From: a virus
Taxonomy: Duplodnaviria > Caudoviricetes
DNA: 60,418 nucleotides
Direction: 5' to 3' (one strand)
Virus record (IMG/VR): IMGVR_UViG_3300025325_000023
Span: 1 to 60,418 of that record
Part shown: in pieces, positions 1-8,006 of the stretch
Layout: each line of letters starts with the position of its first letter
Numbering within the stretch: position 1 is the stretch's first letter
Made by a program: the position numbers and the translations under genes
Notes under the pieces: model-generated
What the model was told of the DNA's origin: nothing
Seen by the model: only the letters and a program-made list of their open reading frames with translations
Database searches by the model: none

Positions 1-94
1 CGCCCCGCAGTTCGGACACAGCGCCATAGGGTTTGGGAACGGTACCGGGCTTCGTGGTTGTTTGTTTTTGATGGAATTGTAAATTGGTTTTCAT
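1..94 (-). CDS. Hypothetical early protein, truncated by the window edge (MKTNLQFHQKQTTTKPG...)
   Basis: Minus-strand ATG at 94, preceded by AAGGGACC, similar to the AAGGACC leaders of the neighbouring early genes; frame is open to position 1. Confidence 0.45.
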   Translation of the reverse strand, partial: MKTNLQFHQKQTTTKPGTVPKPYGAVSELRG

Positions 95-125
95 AATTGG
101 GTCCCTTGTGTGTGTGTGTGTGTGT

Positions 126-180
126 GAGTAGAACAACCAATGTCGCGCCCTACCAGCCGGGCGCGCGGGTGGTGGGTCTA
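126..180 (-). repeat. 55-nt intergenic repeat with GC hairpin, copy 1
   Basis: GAGTAGAACAACCAAtGTCGCGCCC-taccagcc-GGGCGCGCGGgTGGTGGGTCTA; near-identical to 933-987 apart from the loop. Confidence 0.85.
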
Positions 181-906
181 CACAGCGAAATTGGCTTCCA
201 GGTTGCATAGTCCGTGCAATTTGTTAGTGCGGGCCACAACATCGGGCGCAGCCCACTTTTTCCCCACTTCAGTAATGGCGTTGAATAGGCGCCAGATCGT
301 GGGGTCTTTGAACTGTTCGTACGCAGGGCTTTCCCACGCGGCCAATGCGGCTGGCAGTTGGGTACAATTGAGGACACCTAGTTTCATGGATTCCATCAGC
401 AGCGAGCGGGCCCGGTCGTTTGTAAGTCCGATCTGCTTGTAGGCTGTCACTTGCTCGTGTTGCTTTTCAATGGCGGACCCCAACCGGCCCACGGCATTGC
501 TCACAAGCATAGGTAAATCGTCCATGATGCGGCGGGTGTGACGGCGGGAGATCACCACTTCGGCGCTGAAAGCGAGGTTGTCGCACACAAACACCCGCGA
601 CCCAACACACAAGCTCGCGGGAAAGCGTTTATCATGGGAATTACGCAGTCCGATGGTAGTGCAATAGTCTTCTGCGCCCTGAGCCAAGCTTAGAAGGCCG
701 AAATACCGAGATCCATCGGGAGTTATTGCGTGCTGTTCAGACGCAATTTCTTGGCCATGAAACCCCAGGGAGTTCACCACGGCTCGGTACAATGTGCCAT
801 GGGCGATTGGATAGTGGGTGTCGGTGTTGGGGGGCGGCACGTTGGCTAGTAGATCGGCCAGAGAAACGCGGGAGGTTTCTCGGTGGAGACATAGAGCAGA
901 TGCCAT
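178..906 (-). CDS. DUF932 (DUF945)-family protein
   Basis: T.THYPI.H, GLRNSHDKRFPA.LCVG.RVFVCDNLAF and RRHT motifs, plus C-terminal W.LFNA.TE. Confidence 0.85.
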   Translation of the reverse strand: MASALCLHRETSRVSLADLLANVPPPNTDTHYPIAHGTLYRAVVNSLGFHGQEIASEQHAITPDGSRYFGLLSLAQGAEDYCTTIGLRNSHDKRFPASLCVGSRVFVCDNLAFSAEVVISRRHTRRIMDDLPMLVSNAVGRLGSAIEKQHEQVTAYKQIGLTNDRARSLLMESMKLGVLNCTQLPAALAAWESPAYEQFKDPTIWRLFNAITEVGKKWAAPDVVARTNKLHGLCNLEANFAV

Positions 907-932
907 GGGGTGGTCCTTATGTAATAGGAGTG

Positions 933-987
933 GAGTAGAACAACCAAGGTCGCGCCCTGGTGTTTGGGCGCGCGGTTGGTGGGTCTA
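933..987 (-). repeat. 55-nt intergenic repeat with GC hairpin, copy 2
   Basis: GAGTAGAACAACCAAgGTCGCGCCC-tggtgttt-GGGCGCGCGGtTGGTGGGTCTA. Confidence 0.85.
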
Positions 988-1176
988 GTTATGGGAGCGT
1001 GGGGCGAGGTGATAGGTATCCCACAGGCGAGCGTATAGGTCTAATCGGTTGCAAACGGTAGCGGCATGGCGTGCGGCTTCTCGTGTTCGATGACGAGAGA
1101 CAGTGCGGTTGAGGGTACTGTCCACCACAACGTAGGGCAGCGGTTCATTTGCACGCAATTGGATTGTGTAATTCAT
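985..1176 (-). CDS. Hypothetical early protein (63 aa)
   Basis: ATG preceded by AAGGACCACC; same strand as the neighbouring genes. Confidence 0.65.
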   Translation of the reverse strand: MNYTIQLRANEPLPYVVVDSTLNRTVSRHRTREAARHAATVCNRLDLYARLWDTYHLAPRSHN

Positions 1177-1196
1177 TGGTGGTCCTTCAAGATAGA

Positions 1197-1221
1197 GGAT
1201 AGGATAGGATAGGATAGGATA
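1197..1221. repeat. (GGATA)5 intergenic microsatellite
   Basis: Direct reading; a (TG)10 tract lies similarly at 107-126. Confidence 0.9.
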
Positions 1222-1239
1222 GACTTCAACAACAGCGAA

Positions 1240-1617
1240 CTAGGTGGTAGTGGTTGCGAGTACCTTGTGAATGGTTGTCAGTTGTTCAATGAGATCGCGT
1301 TTGGCTATGTCGCACATATCATCGTAGTAGCCACCGGGTTGGGTGAAGTCTGTTTCGTCCGCATACGAGCAGCATCCCAACATATCACGCCCGACAATGT
1401 GTGGAATGCCGGGGTATCTTGCCTCAACCGTCACATGGGCCCATGCCCAAACATCGCCAGTATTGAGCCGTTCGATTATTTCGTTTTCAATGCGAGTGTC
1501 AAAGGCGTCATCGCCCGAAAACATTGCATTGCCGCGCACGTCGCAATCGTCTTGCCGAACGGTCAGGGCGTAGGTGATTGCGTTTGGGTCCAAGTTTAGG
1601 GTGCGGGTGGTTGTCAT
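1240..1617 (-). CDS. Acidic hypothetical early protein (probable start MTTTRTL)
   Basis: GGAGGAG Shine-Dalgarno upstream of the ATG at 1617. Confidence 0.7.
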   Translation of the reverse strand: MTTTRTLNLDPNAITYALTVRQDDCDVRGNAMFSGDDAFDTRIENEIIERLNTGDVWAWAHVTVEARYPGIPHIVGRDMLGCCSYADETDFTQPGGYYDDMCDIAKRDLIEQLTTIHKVLATTTT

Positions 1618-1662
1618 TGTGTGCTCCTCCGGGGAGATGAAGTGGAATGGTCTGACATCACA

Positions 1663-1690
1663 AGTATGGACCACAGTGGACTAGATGCAA
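1663..1690 (-). promoter_or_regulatory. Putative sigma70 promoter for the leftward early genes
   Basis: TTGCAT-N16-CATACT on the minus strand with an AT-rich upstream tract. Confidence 0.45.
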
Positions 1691-2188
1691 GGAAATTTTC
1701 TTCCGATTACCGACTTTTCCGGCTGGGAGGTTGAGAGTGTGGGGGTTGAGTAGATCACGGATGATTTTCGCTTTCGTTTTTTTTGCGACCGCGTTTGTCA
1801 ACTCTTCTTCTATAGTGGTTTTCCAAAACGGCCATTTTCCCGGTCAGTCGATGTCGATCTCGGGTTGCTTTTTCTGTCCCCTCTTGTGTCGTTGGTATAG
1901 GTAGTGATAGTGACCTAGGGGGTGTGTGTATCGTTATGATACACATTGGTGGATGTAGTGAGGGCGTGGTGTTTGGTGTCACGCTATTGACACAAAGCGT
2001 TACACTGCGTGAGGTTAGGAGGGGTGGGGAGTTAGGGTTGTAGGAATAGTAGGAAGTGTCGGAGTGGGGGAGGGGTGGGGGAGGGGTAGTGGGTGGCACG
2101 GAAGGGTGCGATATTTTAACCCTGGGGTTTTTCTGTCCGGCCTCACTACATATCTAGGTGTCTCCGACTCGCGCAAAATTTTTCAAAA

Positions 2189-2217
2189 TTGACCCTGGGT
2201 TGTTAGCGTCCTATAAT
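2189..2217 (+). promoter_or_regulatory. Consensus sigma70 promoter
   Basis: TTGACC-N17-TATAAT preceded by an A/T-rich UP-like tract. Confidence 0.8.
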
Positions 2218-2223
2218 TAATAT

Positions 2224-2377
2224 GGCGTAGGATGTTTGTCGGGGGGAGGACAGTTATGAAATGGACTGTCAGGATCGTGAGTAAGCTGATTAGTCTCAGT
2301 AGCGGAACGATCTAATGACGCCTGACTAGCGAAAGGTGGCGAAAACGTACCACCCTCCCCCGACAAACGTCCTACAG
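2224..2377 (+). ncRNA. Putative ~150-nt structured RNA or leader of unknown class
   Basis: Starts at the expected +1 of the 2189 promoter; 2227-2249 pairs with 2354-2375 (~22 bp, one G-U pair, one bulge); internal pairings GTCAGG/CCTGAC and GATCGT/ACGATC. Confidence 0.55.
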
Positions 2378-2462
2378 TTTCTGGTACTTGCATTGCCAGA
2401 ATGTACTGGTGGTGTGATGGGTGTGAGTGTTTTTTTGAAGAAGGTTGCCGAGGAGGACCAAC

Positions 2463-2825
2463 ATGTTACGACGTGATTTATTTAAGTTTCTGGCGGGCGG
2501 GGTGGTGGCGGTCGTGGTACGCACCATTCTTCCTGAGAGTTCACCCAAGGAGAGTTCGAACAGGATAAAGGTGGATTGGGAACATGGGCTTGCGGCGGAT
2601 TACAATGTTCCTATGAGTGCCTCGGATGAAGTGGTTAGGATATGGTGGGATGGCGCAGGTTTCGTAGGGCGTCCTGAGTCTGCTGTGCGAGTCCTTTCAG
2701 ACCTAGAGACCGCCAGGGACAAGGCCAGGATGGTAGTTGTCGAGGAGTTGGAAAAGTGTCTATGGGGCGATCTTCCCCAGGACGCCAAGGATGCGTGGAC
2801 AATTAAACGCTGGGGGCCGGTTTGA
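2463..2825 (+). CDS. Twin-arginine signal peptide fused to a major-capsid-like fragment
   Basis: AGGAGG RBS; N-terminus MLRRDLFKFLAGGVVAVVV; mature part VDWEH...VVEELEKCLW...DAWTIKRW resembles MCP VPWRH...LVEELENKAW...DPYSIQYY. Confidence 0.7.
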   Translation: MLRRDLFKFLAGGVVAVVVRTILPESSPKESSNRIKVDWEHGLAADYNVPMSASDEVVRIWWDGAGFVGRPESAVRVLSDLETARDKARMVVVEELEKCLWGDLPQDAKDAWTIKRWGPV

Positions 2826-2850
2826 CAGGGTGTGTTTTGTGTGGTATAGT
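2822..2850 (+). promoter_or_regulatory. Consensus sigma70 promoter with extended -10
   Basis: TTGACA-N17-TATAGT with TG upstream of the -10. Confidence 0.8.
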
Positions 2851-2865
2851 TATCTTTGTTAGGAT

Positions 2866-3099
2866 ATGGGCTATATGGCACACATTTGTTCAGGCATTGA
2901 TTTTGTTCGTCTTGAATCTCCCTCTTCTTTAGTATGTCATCATGCTGGGTTCACTTGTCCGTCGTGTAAGGTACGTATGTATGCGTGTTGCATATCTTAT
3001 CTTCAAGGGGAGTTCGAGGATAGCCGCGTGTATTCTGTGGCGTTGGCGTGCCATGTGTGTAGTTGTTACTGGGTGGAATGGCAGGAGGGTCCGCAATGA
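2866..3099 (+). CDS. Small Cys-rich protein, possibly Zn-binding
   Basis: CPSC...CHVC; lies directly after the promoter; ATGA overlap with the next gene. Confidence 0.55.
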   Translation: MGYMAHICSGIDFVRLESPSSLVCHHAGFTCPSCKVRMYACCISYLQGEFEDSRVYSVALACHVCSCYWVEWQEGPQ

Positions 3100-3353
3100 G
3101 TGATCCAAAGTATCGTGTGTGTAGTGGGGAGGCTCGGTGGGCCATTATCGTCCGTGATGATGAGGGGTGGAGTTTCATGGGAAAGTTTTGTTGGGAGACC
3201 GACAACGATGCACCCGGGATTAGGACGTTTAGGACACAGAGGTCGGCTAGGGCGGCCTTGAAGGAAAGTGGGAGAGGCCGAGAGTCGAAGATCGTTAGAG
3301 TTTTGAATACGGTTGTAGCTGTAAAGCAAGATACTGTGGAGGGGTACCAATGA
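3096..3353 (+). CDS. Hypothetical protein
   Basis: AGGAGG RBS; ATGA coupling at both ends. Confidence 0.65.
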   Translation: MSDPKYRVCSGEARWAIIVRDDEGWSFMGKFCWETDNDAPGIRTFRTQRSARAALKESGRGRESKIVRVLNTVVAVKQDTVEGYQ

Positions 3354-3814
3354 AACCTGCATGTATAATTGTAATGTTAATTGTCTTGGGTGCGGCGGCC
3401 TCTGTTGGGTTTACCAAGCCCAAGTCTGCGCAAGGGGATATTTCCATTCCCTTTGAGGAGATCGGGTTGTTCGACCCATTGCCAGCAGAAGTGGCGGACG
3501 CGCCGCCAGAATTTAGGTTTAAGTGGATTCGTGCCTATAATGAAATGGCCGTACTTCAGGCCCAACGCAGGGCCGATGCGTATCGTGCGAGTAACCCCGT
3601 CCTGGAGGTGTACACCCAAGACCAAGAGTACGTGTCAGGAAGCTCGTTGAACCAACAAGCAAGTGGCGACTACAACAGCGCTCAGCTACAGGCACGGACG
3701 CAAACCACTTACCAAGGACGTAATGTGCAACGGACGTACAGGCCAGATCAGTGGGGTGGGGGTCCCGTAACAATTCTCAACCCGTATACCGAAGTGGAGG
3801 TGGAACATGAGTAA
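3350..3814 (+). CDS. Secreted or membrane-anchored hypothetical protein
   Basis: Signal-peptide-like N-terminus [20 protein letters not shown]. Confidence 0.7.
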   Translation: MKPACIIVMLIVLGAAASVGFTKPKSAQGDISIPFEEIGLFDPLPAEVADAPPEFRFKWIRAYNEMAVLQAQRRADAYRASNPVLEVYTQDQEYVSGSSLNQQASGDYNSAQLQARTQTTYQGRNVQRTYRPDQWGGGPVTILNPYTEVEVEHE

Positions 3815-4433
3815 AAGAATGGTATTTGTACTGATCTTTGTGGGAACAATTGTGTTATACTTTGGGTTACGGTCGGCATTTGGACACGAGAACGGTGCCG
3901 ACCCGCACTCTACCCAAAATGGCAATGGCCATGCAAACCACCATGGATGGGGATTTGGGCACCACGGCGGGCTTACAGGCGGCCCGCCGAATCCTCCAGG
4001 CCCTCCGGGAGATCCTGGCCCCCCAGGCAATCCTGGTCCGCCAGGAACTCCTGGCTCTCCTGGCTCTCCTGGCTCTCCTGGCTCTCCTGGCTCTCCTGGC
4101 TCGCCGGGGGCACCGGGGGCACCGGGGGCACCGGGGGCACCGGGGGCACCGGGGGCACCGGGGGCACCGGGGGCACCGGGGGCACCGGGGGCACAAGGTA
4201 ATTCGAATGGTTCGAATTCTTCGAATAGTTCAAGTAGTTCCAGTAGCACAAGCAGTTATGTTAGTGGAGGTTGGTATGTTCAGTCTAGGTCTATGTACTG
4301 GACGATCCCGTGGTATTCACCAGTGGTTACCCCTTACCCTCTACCAACGATAGTGCCCCCTAGGGGCAAGCCTGGGGTCGATCTTCCCAACTCCTCTTTC
4401 TCTTTCTCTGGTACCGTCTACACTTTTGAATAG
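3807..4433 (+). CDS. Secreted collagen-like (Gly-X-Y repeat) protein
   Basis: Hydrophobic N-terminus, His/Gly-rich segment, run of GPP/GSP/GAP triplets, Ser-rich linker. Confidence 0.75.
   Translation: MSKRMVFVLIFVGTIVLYFGLRSAFGHENGADPHSTQNGNGHANHHGWGFGHHGGLTGGPPNPPGPPGDPGPPGNPGPPGTPGSPGSPGSPGSPGSPGSPGAPGAPGAPGAPGAPGAPGAPGAPGAPGAQGNSNGSNSSNSSSSSSSTSSYVSGGWYVQSRSMYWTIPWYSPVVTPYPLPTIVPPRGKPGVDLPNSSFSFSGTVYTFE
4048..4193 (+). repeat. Two perfect 9-bp tandem arrays: (CTCCTGGCT)6 and (CCGGGGGCA)10
   Basis: Direct reading; they encode the PGS and PGA collagen triplets. Confidence 0.95.
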
Positions 4434-4442
4434 GAGTCTTGT

Positions 4443-4634
4443 ATGAATTTCATCCAATTGTATACTAGTCTTATGTGTCTTGGCGTTTTTAGCCTATGTT
4501 ACGGGGGGCTTGAACTGTTGTGCGGTATGTGGGCTGAGTGGAGGGCGGCTCGATTGATGTGCCGTCTGGACGGTTTTGGGACCATCTTGGCTAACCAGTT
4601 TGATAGAGATTATGGAAGGCATTTTGAAAAGTAG
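4443..4634 (+). CDS. Small membrane protein
   Basis: AGGAG RBS; hydrophobic N-terminal half. Confidence 0.6.
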   Translation: MNFIQLYTSLMCLGVFSLCYGGLELLCGMWAEWRAARLMCRLDGFGTILANQFDRDYGRHFEK

Positions 4635-4649
4635 AGGTGGAGTGGGACA

Positions 4650-5096
4650 TTGGGGAGTATGACGACACTGCATGGGGAGAAGAGTGTCCCGAGACTTGGA
4701 GGTAACATGGCTATATTAGCGAAAACTCCGTGGCTGCGTTGTAGGAGAATCAAGGACATGGATTCCTGGTATTATTATTCGGGCTCTCGCCTCCATATCG
4801 GAAAGCAGAGAGCCTGGGTATGTGAGATGGAATTGCATAGAGTGTTTTCTATCCCGTTGGGGTGCGATGTTCGGTTGGTGGCGTTCAACAGGCCTAGCGA
4901 GGATAGGGTCGAGTGCAAGATATTGACAAATGGGGAAGAGGGTAATCTTTTGTATCTTTCTTGCGATATAGGGGACTTTTGTGTAACCAATACGTTGATG
5001 AAGGCTTTGCGCAGGTTGTTGGGTGCCGGATATCGTAAGTTCTATGCAGGAATCGAGGTGCGAGGTGGCAGGAAAAGGCGATCGATCAAGGCATAA
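4650..5096 (+). CDS. Hypothetical protein (start may be the ATG at 4707)
   Basis: GGAGG upstream of MAILAK; fits the operon packing. Confidence 0.6.
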   Translation: MGSMTTLHGEKSVPRLGGNMAILAKTPWLRCRRIKDMDSWYYYSGSRLHIGKQRAWVCEMELHRVFSIPLGCDVRLVAFNRPSEDRVECKILTNGEEGNLLYLSCDIGDFCVTNTLMKALRRLLGAGYRKFYAGIEVRGGRKRRSIKA

Positions 5097-5190
5097 CCCG
5101 CGCTTGTATGGGCGTGGGTGGGAGAGAATTTTTGGTAAGCAAGCGTCTACCCCAAAGAAGATTAGTTTTAAAAAGGAGAAGGTGGCATGA
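5065..5190 (+). CDS. Small phage protein of the GKGD.R...W.RIF type (41 aa, below the ORF-track cutoff)
   Basis: MAGKGDRSRHNPRLYGRGWERIFGK..., a short motif family I recognise from phage genomes; ATGA coupling to the next ORF. Confidence 0.55.
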   Translation: MAGKGDRSRHNPRLYGRGWERIFGKQASTPKKISFKKEKVA

Positions 5191-5288
5191 TTGACAACGA
5201 TATTCCACCGTGGGCCATGTTCATCACGATTATTATTGGCCTGGCCATTCTGTGCTATGTTATTTGTCCTGGAGGGTTGATGCGATGA
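5187..5288 (+). CDS. 33-aa single-TM peptide
   Basis: MIDNDIPPWAMFITIIIGLAILCYVICPGGLMR; ATGA coupling on both sides. Confidence 0.55.
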   Translation: MIDNDIPPWAMFITIIIGLAILCYVICPGGLMR

Positions 5289-5596
5289 CGCTTGGCAGTT
5301 TTTCTCACATAATTGCTGAGTTAGGTACTCCTGTTCACTTAATAGACAAGGAGGATTACAAGTATGCTTATGTGAATCTCTACGACAAAGGTTGGGCGGA
5401 ATGGACAGTAAAATACCTTGGGTTAGAGATGATGTTGAAAGATTTGATAGCGTGTCTGGAAAAGACATCCCCGCAACCTAAGTGCATTGATTATGTCATT
5501 GTTGATCTAAATGATGTTCTTTATTCATACCTGGCCCGGTATGAGGACGACATTGACCTTGAGGGTCCTGTGACAGAGAACTTGGAGATAGATTGA
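5285..5596 (+). CDS. Hypothetical protein
   Basis: GGAGG RBS and ATGA overlap at 5285. Confidence 0.6.
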   Translation: MTLGSFSHIIAELGTPVHLIDKEDYKYAYVNLYDKGWAEWTVKYLGLEMMLKDLIACLEKTSPQPKCIDYVIVDLNDVLYSYLARYEDDIDLEGPVTENLEID

Positions 5597-5775
5597 CCAT
5601 GTTAAGTTACATCCTTTTCTGCCTTCGTTTTTTTATCAGTCTATGTCTCTTGGTTTCAGCATGGAAGGCGTTTGATTGTTCTGGGGACGCAGATACCGTT
5701 TTGTCTACGTGGGGTTGGTGCTCTATAGCCTTGCTTAGTTCGATTCTAGCAGTCGCGGTATTGTTCGTCTCTTAG
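5593..5775 (+). CDS. Small two-TM membrane protein
   Basis: Two hydrophobic stretches. Confidence 0.55.
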   Translation: MTMLSYILFCLRFFISLCLLVSAWKAFDCSGDADTVLSTWGWCSIALLSSILAVAVLFVS

Positions 5776-5786
5776 GAGGTGTTCGT

Positions 5787-6020
5787 ATGGTGGTGGACAA
5801 ATCCGTGGATACAGGGATTAACTATGTCATGTATGATAAATCTCAAATGCCCGAGGGGGCCGCGAAGAGATTGAGATTTATACATGAGCGCTTGGAACTT
5901 GGGTGGGAGTATGTTAGGATTACGAGGCCTTGGTCGGGTAATCCAATGCCGGTGTTTCTGGTAAAGAACGATGAACAAATTCCAACATGTTCAATATCCG
6001 GACCGAATGATCCAAAGTGA
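5787..6020 (+). CDS. Hypothetical protein
   Basis: AGGAGG RBS. Confidence 0.6.
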   Translation: MVVDKSVDTGINYVMYDKSQMPEGAAKRLRFIHERLELGWEYVRITRPWSGNPMPVFLVKNDEQIPTCSISGPNDPK

Positions 6021-6225
6021 TGAAGAGGCACAATGGATACGGAAGTGCGTGGAGTTCGGCACCCTGGAGATTTCACAGTTGGCCAAACATTATGGGGTTC
6101 GCCAGTGGGAGATTCTACGTATTGTGAACCGCGAGGGAGAGTGGTCGCATCTGCCTCCAATAAGCTTGATGGGGGAAGTAGTGGCACTCCATCGCAGTAT
6201 GATTCGTTGGACTCCGCCAGATTGA
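5971..6225 (+). CDS. Small helix-turn-helix DNA-binding protein
   Basis: ISQLAKHYGVRQWEILRIVNR..WSHL resembles the HTH tail of phage HNH/NUMOD-type proteins. Confidence 0.55.
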   Translation: MNKFQHVQYPDRMIQSDEEAQWIRKCVEFGTLEISQLAKHYGVRQWEILRIVNREGEWSHLPPISLMGEVVALHRSMIRWTPPD

Positions 6226-8006
6226 ATTCGGATTTTCAGGATCAGTTTGTCCGGTGGCATGAGAATTTCGAGGAGGAAGTGTCTCCGAAATGGCCCTCGT
6301 TGGATAGAATCTGGGTAGGCGACTTCGAATTTTATCAGCCACCCGGCGCCCGTCAATCACCGCATTGTTGTGTCTTTCGTAACTTGGGGCGTGACATTGA
6401 GGTCAATGGGGTCCCCCACGGAATTCTCACCTCGGATGATATCTTTGTCTTTTACTACGCGCCGGCCGACCTCGGATGCTACCTAGCTCTTGAGGTCCCT
6501 CTTCCTCGATATGTGGTTGATCTGTATGCAGAATTCAGGAATCTTACCAACGGGGGGCGCAAAGATCGAGGGGAGGGGTTGTATGATGCCATGGACTATT
6601 ACCACATTCCTCACGCCACAAAAGAAAATAAAGCGGGGATGCACGACCTTGCTACGAAAGCCGCCCACTTATCTGACGAGGAAACGGCCCTCTTACTTAA
6701 GTATTGTGCTGATGACGTAAAGTGTACCAGCGCTCTGTTCGAGACTATGTTGCCATTGATGAATCTGCCGCAGGCCCTCCTCCGTGGGCGTTATACCAAA
6801 GCCGTGGCGAGAATGGAGGCCGTGGGAGTTCCTATAGATGCTCTGGGGTTGGGTGAGATTCGAGCTAGTCGCGTCTATTTGCAGCACAAGTTGATTGATC
6901 GTATTGATGACCAATACCATATCTATAATAAAGGTGTTTTCAAACAAAAAGCATTCACCACATGGGTTAATGATAATCAATTGCCATGGCCGAGGTTGAA
7001 AAGTGGGAAAGTGGCCTTGGACAAGGGAACATTCGATTATATGAGTGAAGCGTATCCGATTGTTGAGCCTATAGCCGAGTTACGTCAAACCTTGGGCACC
7101 ATTAGGAACGAGAGTCTGTCAGTAGGTCAGGATAATCGTAATCGGTGCATGTTATCCCCGTTTCGTTCACAGACGGGAAGAAACCAGCCGTCTAACTCTA
7201 AATTCATTTTCGGGCAAAGCGCCTGGATGCGACACTTGATTCGACCGGAACCGGGGCAGGCCCTGGCGTATTTGGATTGGGAGCAACAGGAGTTTGCTAT
7301 TGCGGCGGCTCTATCTAAAGATAGTCGTATGATGGAGTCTTACCTGTCCGGCGATCCGTATTTGTATTTTGCAAAGATTGCCTACAATCTACCTGAGACC
7401 GCCAAGAAGACAGACCCAGATGTGTCAGAGAAGCGGGATCGCTGTAAGCAGTGCATCTTGGCGGTTCAGTATGGCTTGGGGGTGCGGTCTTTGGCCAACA
7501 GGTTGGCTATTGAAGCTAAGGAGGCGGCCTATTTGATGTACCTTCATCGATCCACCTATCGAGACTACTGGCTGTGGTCTCAATGGGCTATTCGTTTTGG
7601 CCTTATGACCAAGAGTATTCATACTGTCTTTGGGTGGAATCTGACAGTGTCTAGGGGCACTGGGCTGCGGAGTGTTATGAACTTCCCAATGCAAGCCAAT
7701 GGGGCGGAAATGCTTCGTCTTGGGTGTTGTTATCTTACCGAAGAAGGAATTGATGTGTGTGCGCCGGTACACGATGCGGTATTGATCGCAGCCCCCCTCG
7801 ACCATATCTCCAGTACGGTGGTCAGGGCTCAACGCCTTATGGAACGGGCGAGCCTTGACGTACTGGAAAACCTGACCGTGCGCACCGAAGCTAAAATCAT
7901 ACGATATCCTGATACATACATACAGGCTAAAGGGCAAGGTACATGGGAAGAAGTACAGAAAATGCTGAAGGACAAGGAAAATGAAGATAACAAGAAAGCC
8001 AGGTAG
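6033..8006 (+). CDS. polA: Family A DNA polymerase with 3'-5' exonuclease (true start probably the TTG at 6222 or GTG at 6279)
   Basis: ExoI DFEF, ExoIII YCADD, TGRNQ, motif A DWEQQE, motif B RDRCKQCILAVQYG, NFPMQANGAEM, motif C VHDA. Confidence 0.95.
   Translation: MDTEVRGVRHPGDFTVGQTLWGSPVGDSTYCEPRGRVVASASNKLDGGSSGTPSQYDSLDSARLNSDFQDQFVRWHENFEEEVSPKWPSLDRIWVGDFEFYQPPGARQSPHCCVFRNLGRDIEVNGVPHGILTSDDIFVFYYAPADLGCYLALEVPLPRYVVDLYAEFRNLTNGGRKDRGEGLYDAMDYYHIPHATKENKAGMHDLATKAAHLSDEETALLLKYCADDVKCTSALFETMLPLMNLPQALLRGRYTKAVARMEAVGVPIDALGLGEIRASRVYLQHKLIDRIDDQYHIYNKGVFKQKAFTTWVNDNQLPWPRLKSGKVALDKGTFDYMSEAYPIVEPIAELRQTLGTIRNESLSVGQDNRNRCMLSPFRSQTGRNQPSNSKFIFGQSAWMRHLIRPEPGQALAYLDWEQQEFAIAAALSKDSRMMESYLSGDPYLYFAKIAYNLPETAKKTDPDVSEKRDRCKQCILAVQYGLGVRSLANRLAIEAKEAAYLMYLHRSTYRDYWLWSQWAIRFGLMTKSIHTVFGWNLTVSRGTGLRSVMNFPMQANGAEMLRLGCCYLTEEGIDVCAPVHDAVLIAAPLDHISSTVVRAQRLMERASLDVLENLTVRTEAKIIRYPDTYIQAKGQGTWEEVQKMLKDKENEDNKKAR

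Noticed and set aside
1755-2099. 114-aa Pro/Thr-rich minus-strand ORF
   Set aside because: Low-complexity product of strand skew, with a GTG start and no RBS.
2266-2335. SRP RNA domain IV or hammerhead ribozyme within the structured RNA
   Set aside because: TCAGG-ATC-GTGA-GTA-AGC cannot form the SRP apical stem, and CTAATGA...GAAA lacks the invariant G5 of the hammerhead core.
2224-2377. Retron ncRNA or DGR
   Set aside because: No reverse transcriptase in the window, and no adenine-specific TR/VR pair noticed among the paralogous fibre genes.
3750-3790. Recurring I.NPY motif in several proteins (3350, 33981, 34643, 35776, 43231)
   Set aside because: Too short to distinguish from chance without statistics.
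4048-4193. CRISPR array
   Set aside because: Contiguous 9-mers without spacers. No repeat-spacer array or cas gene is seen anywhere in the window.
3838-4353. Alternative-frame ORFs with CPR, GHR, SWL and VPP repeats
   Set aside because: Shadows of the 9-bp collagen-coding arrays; only 3807-4433 has an RBS and a signal peptide.
6033-6221. N-terminal extension of PolA
   Set aside because: Overlaps a credible HTH ORF in another frame; a TTGA-coupled start at 6222 or the GTG at 6279 is more plausible.
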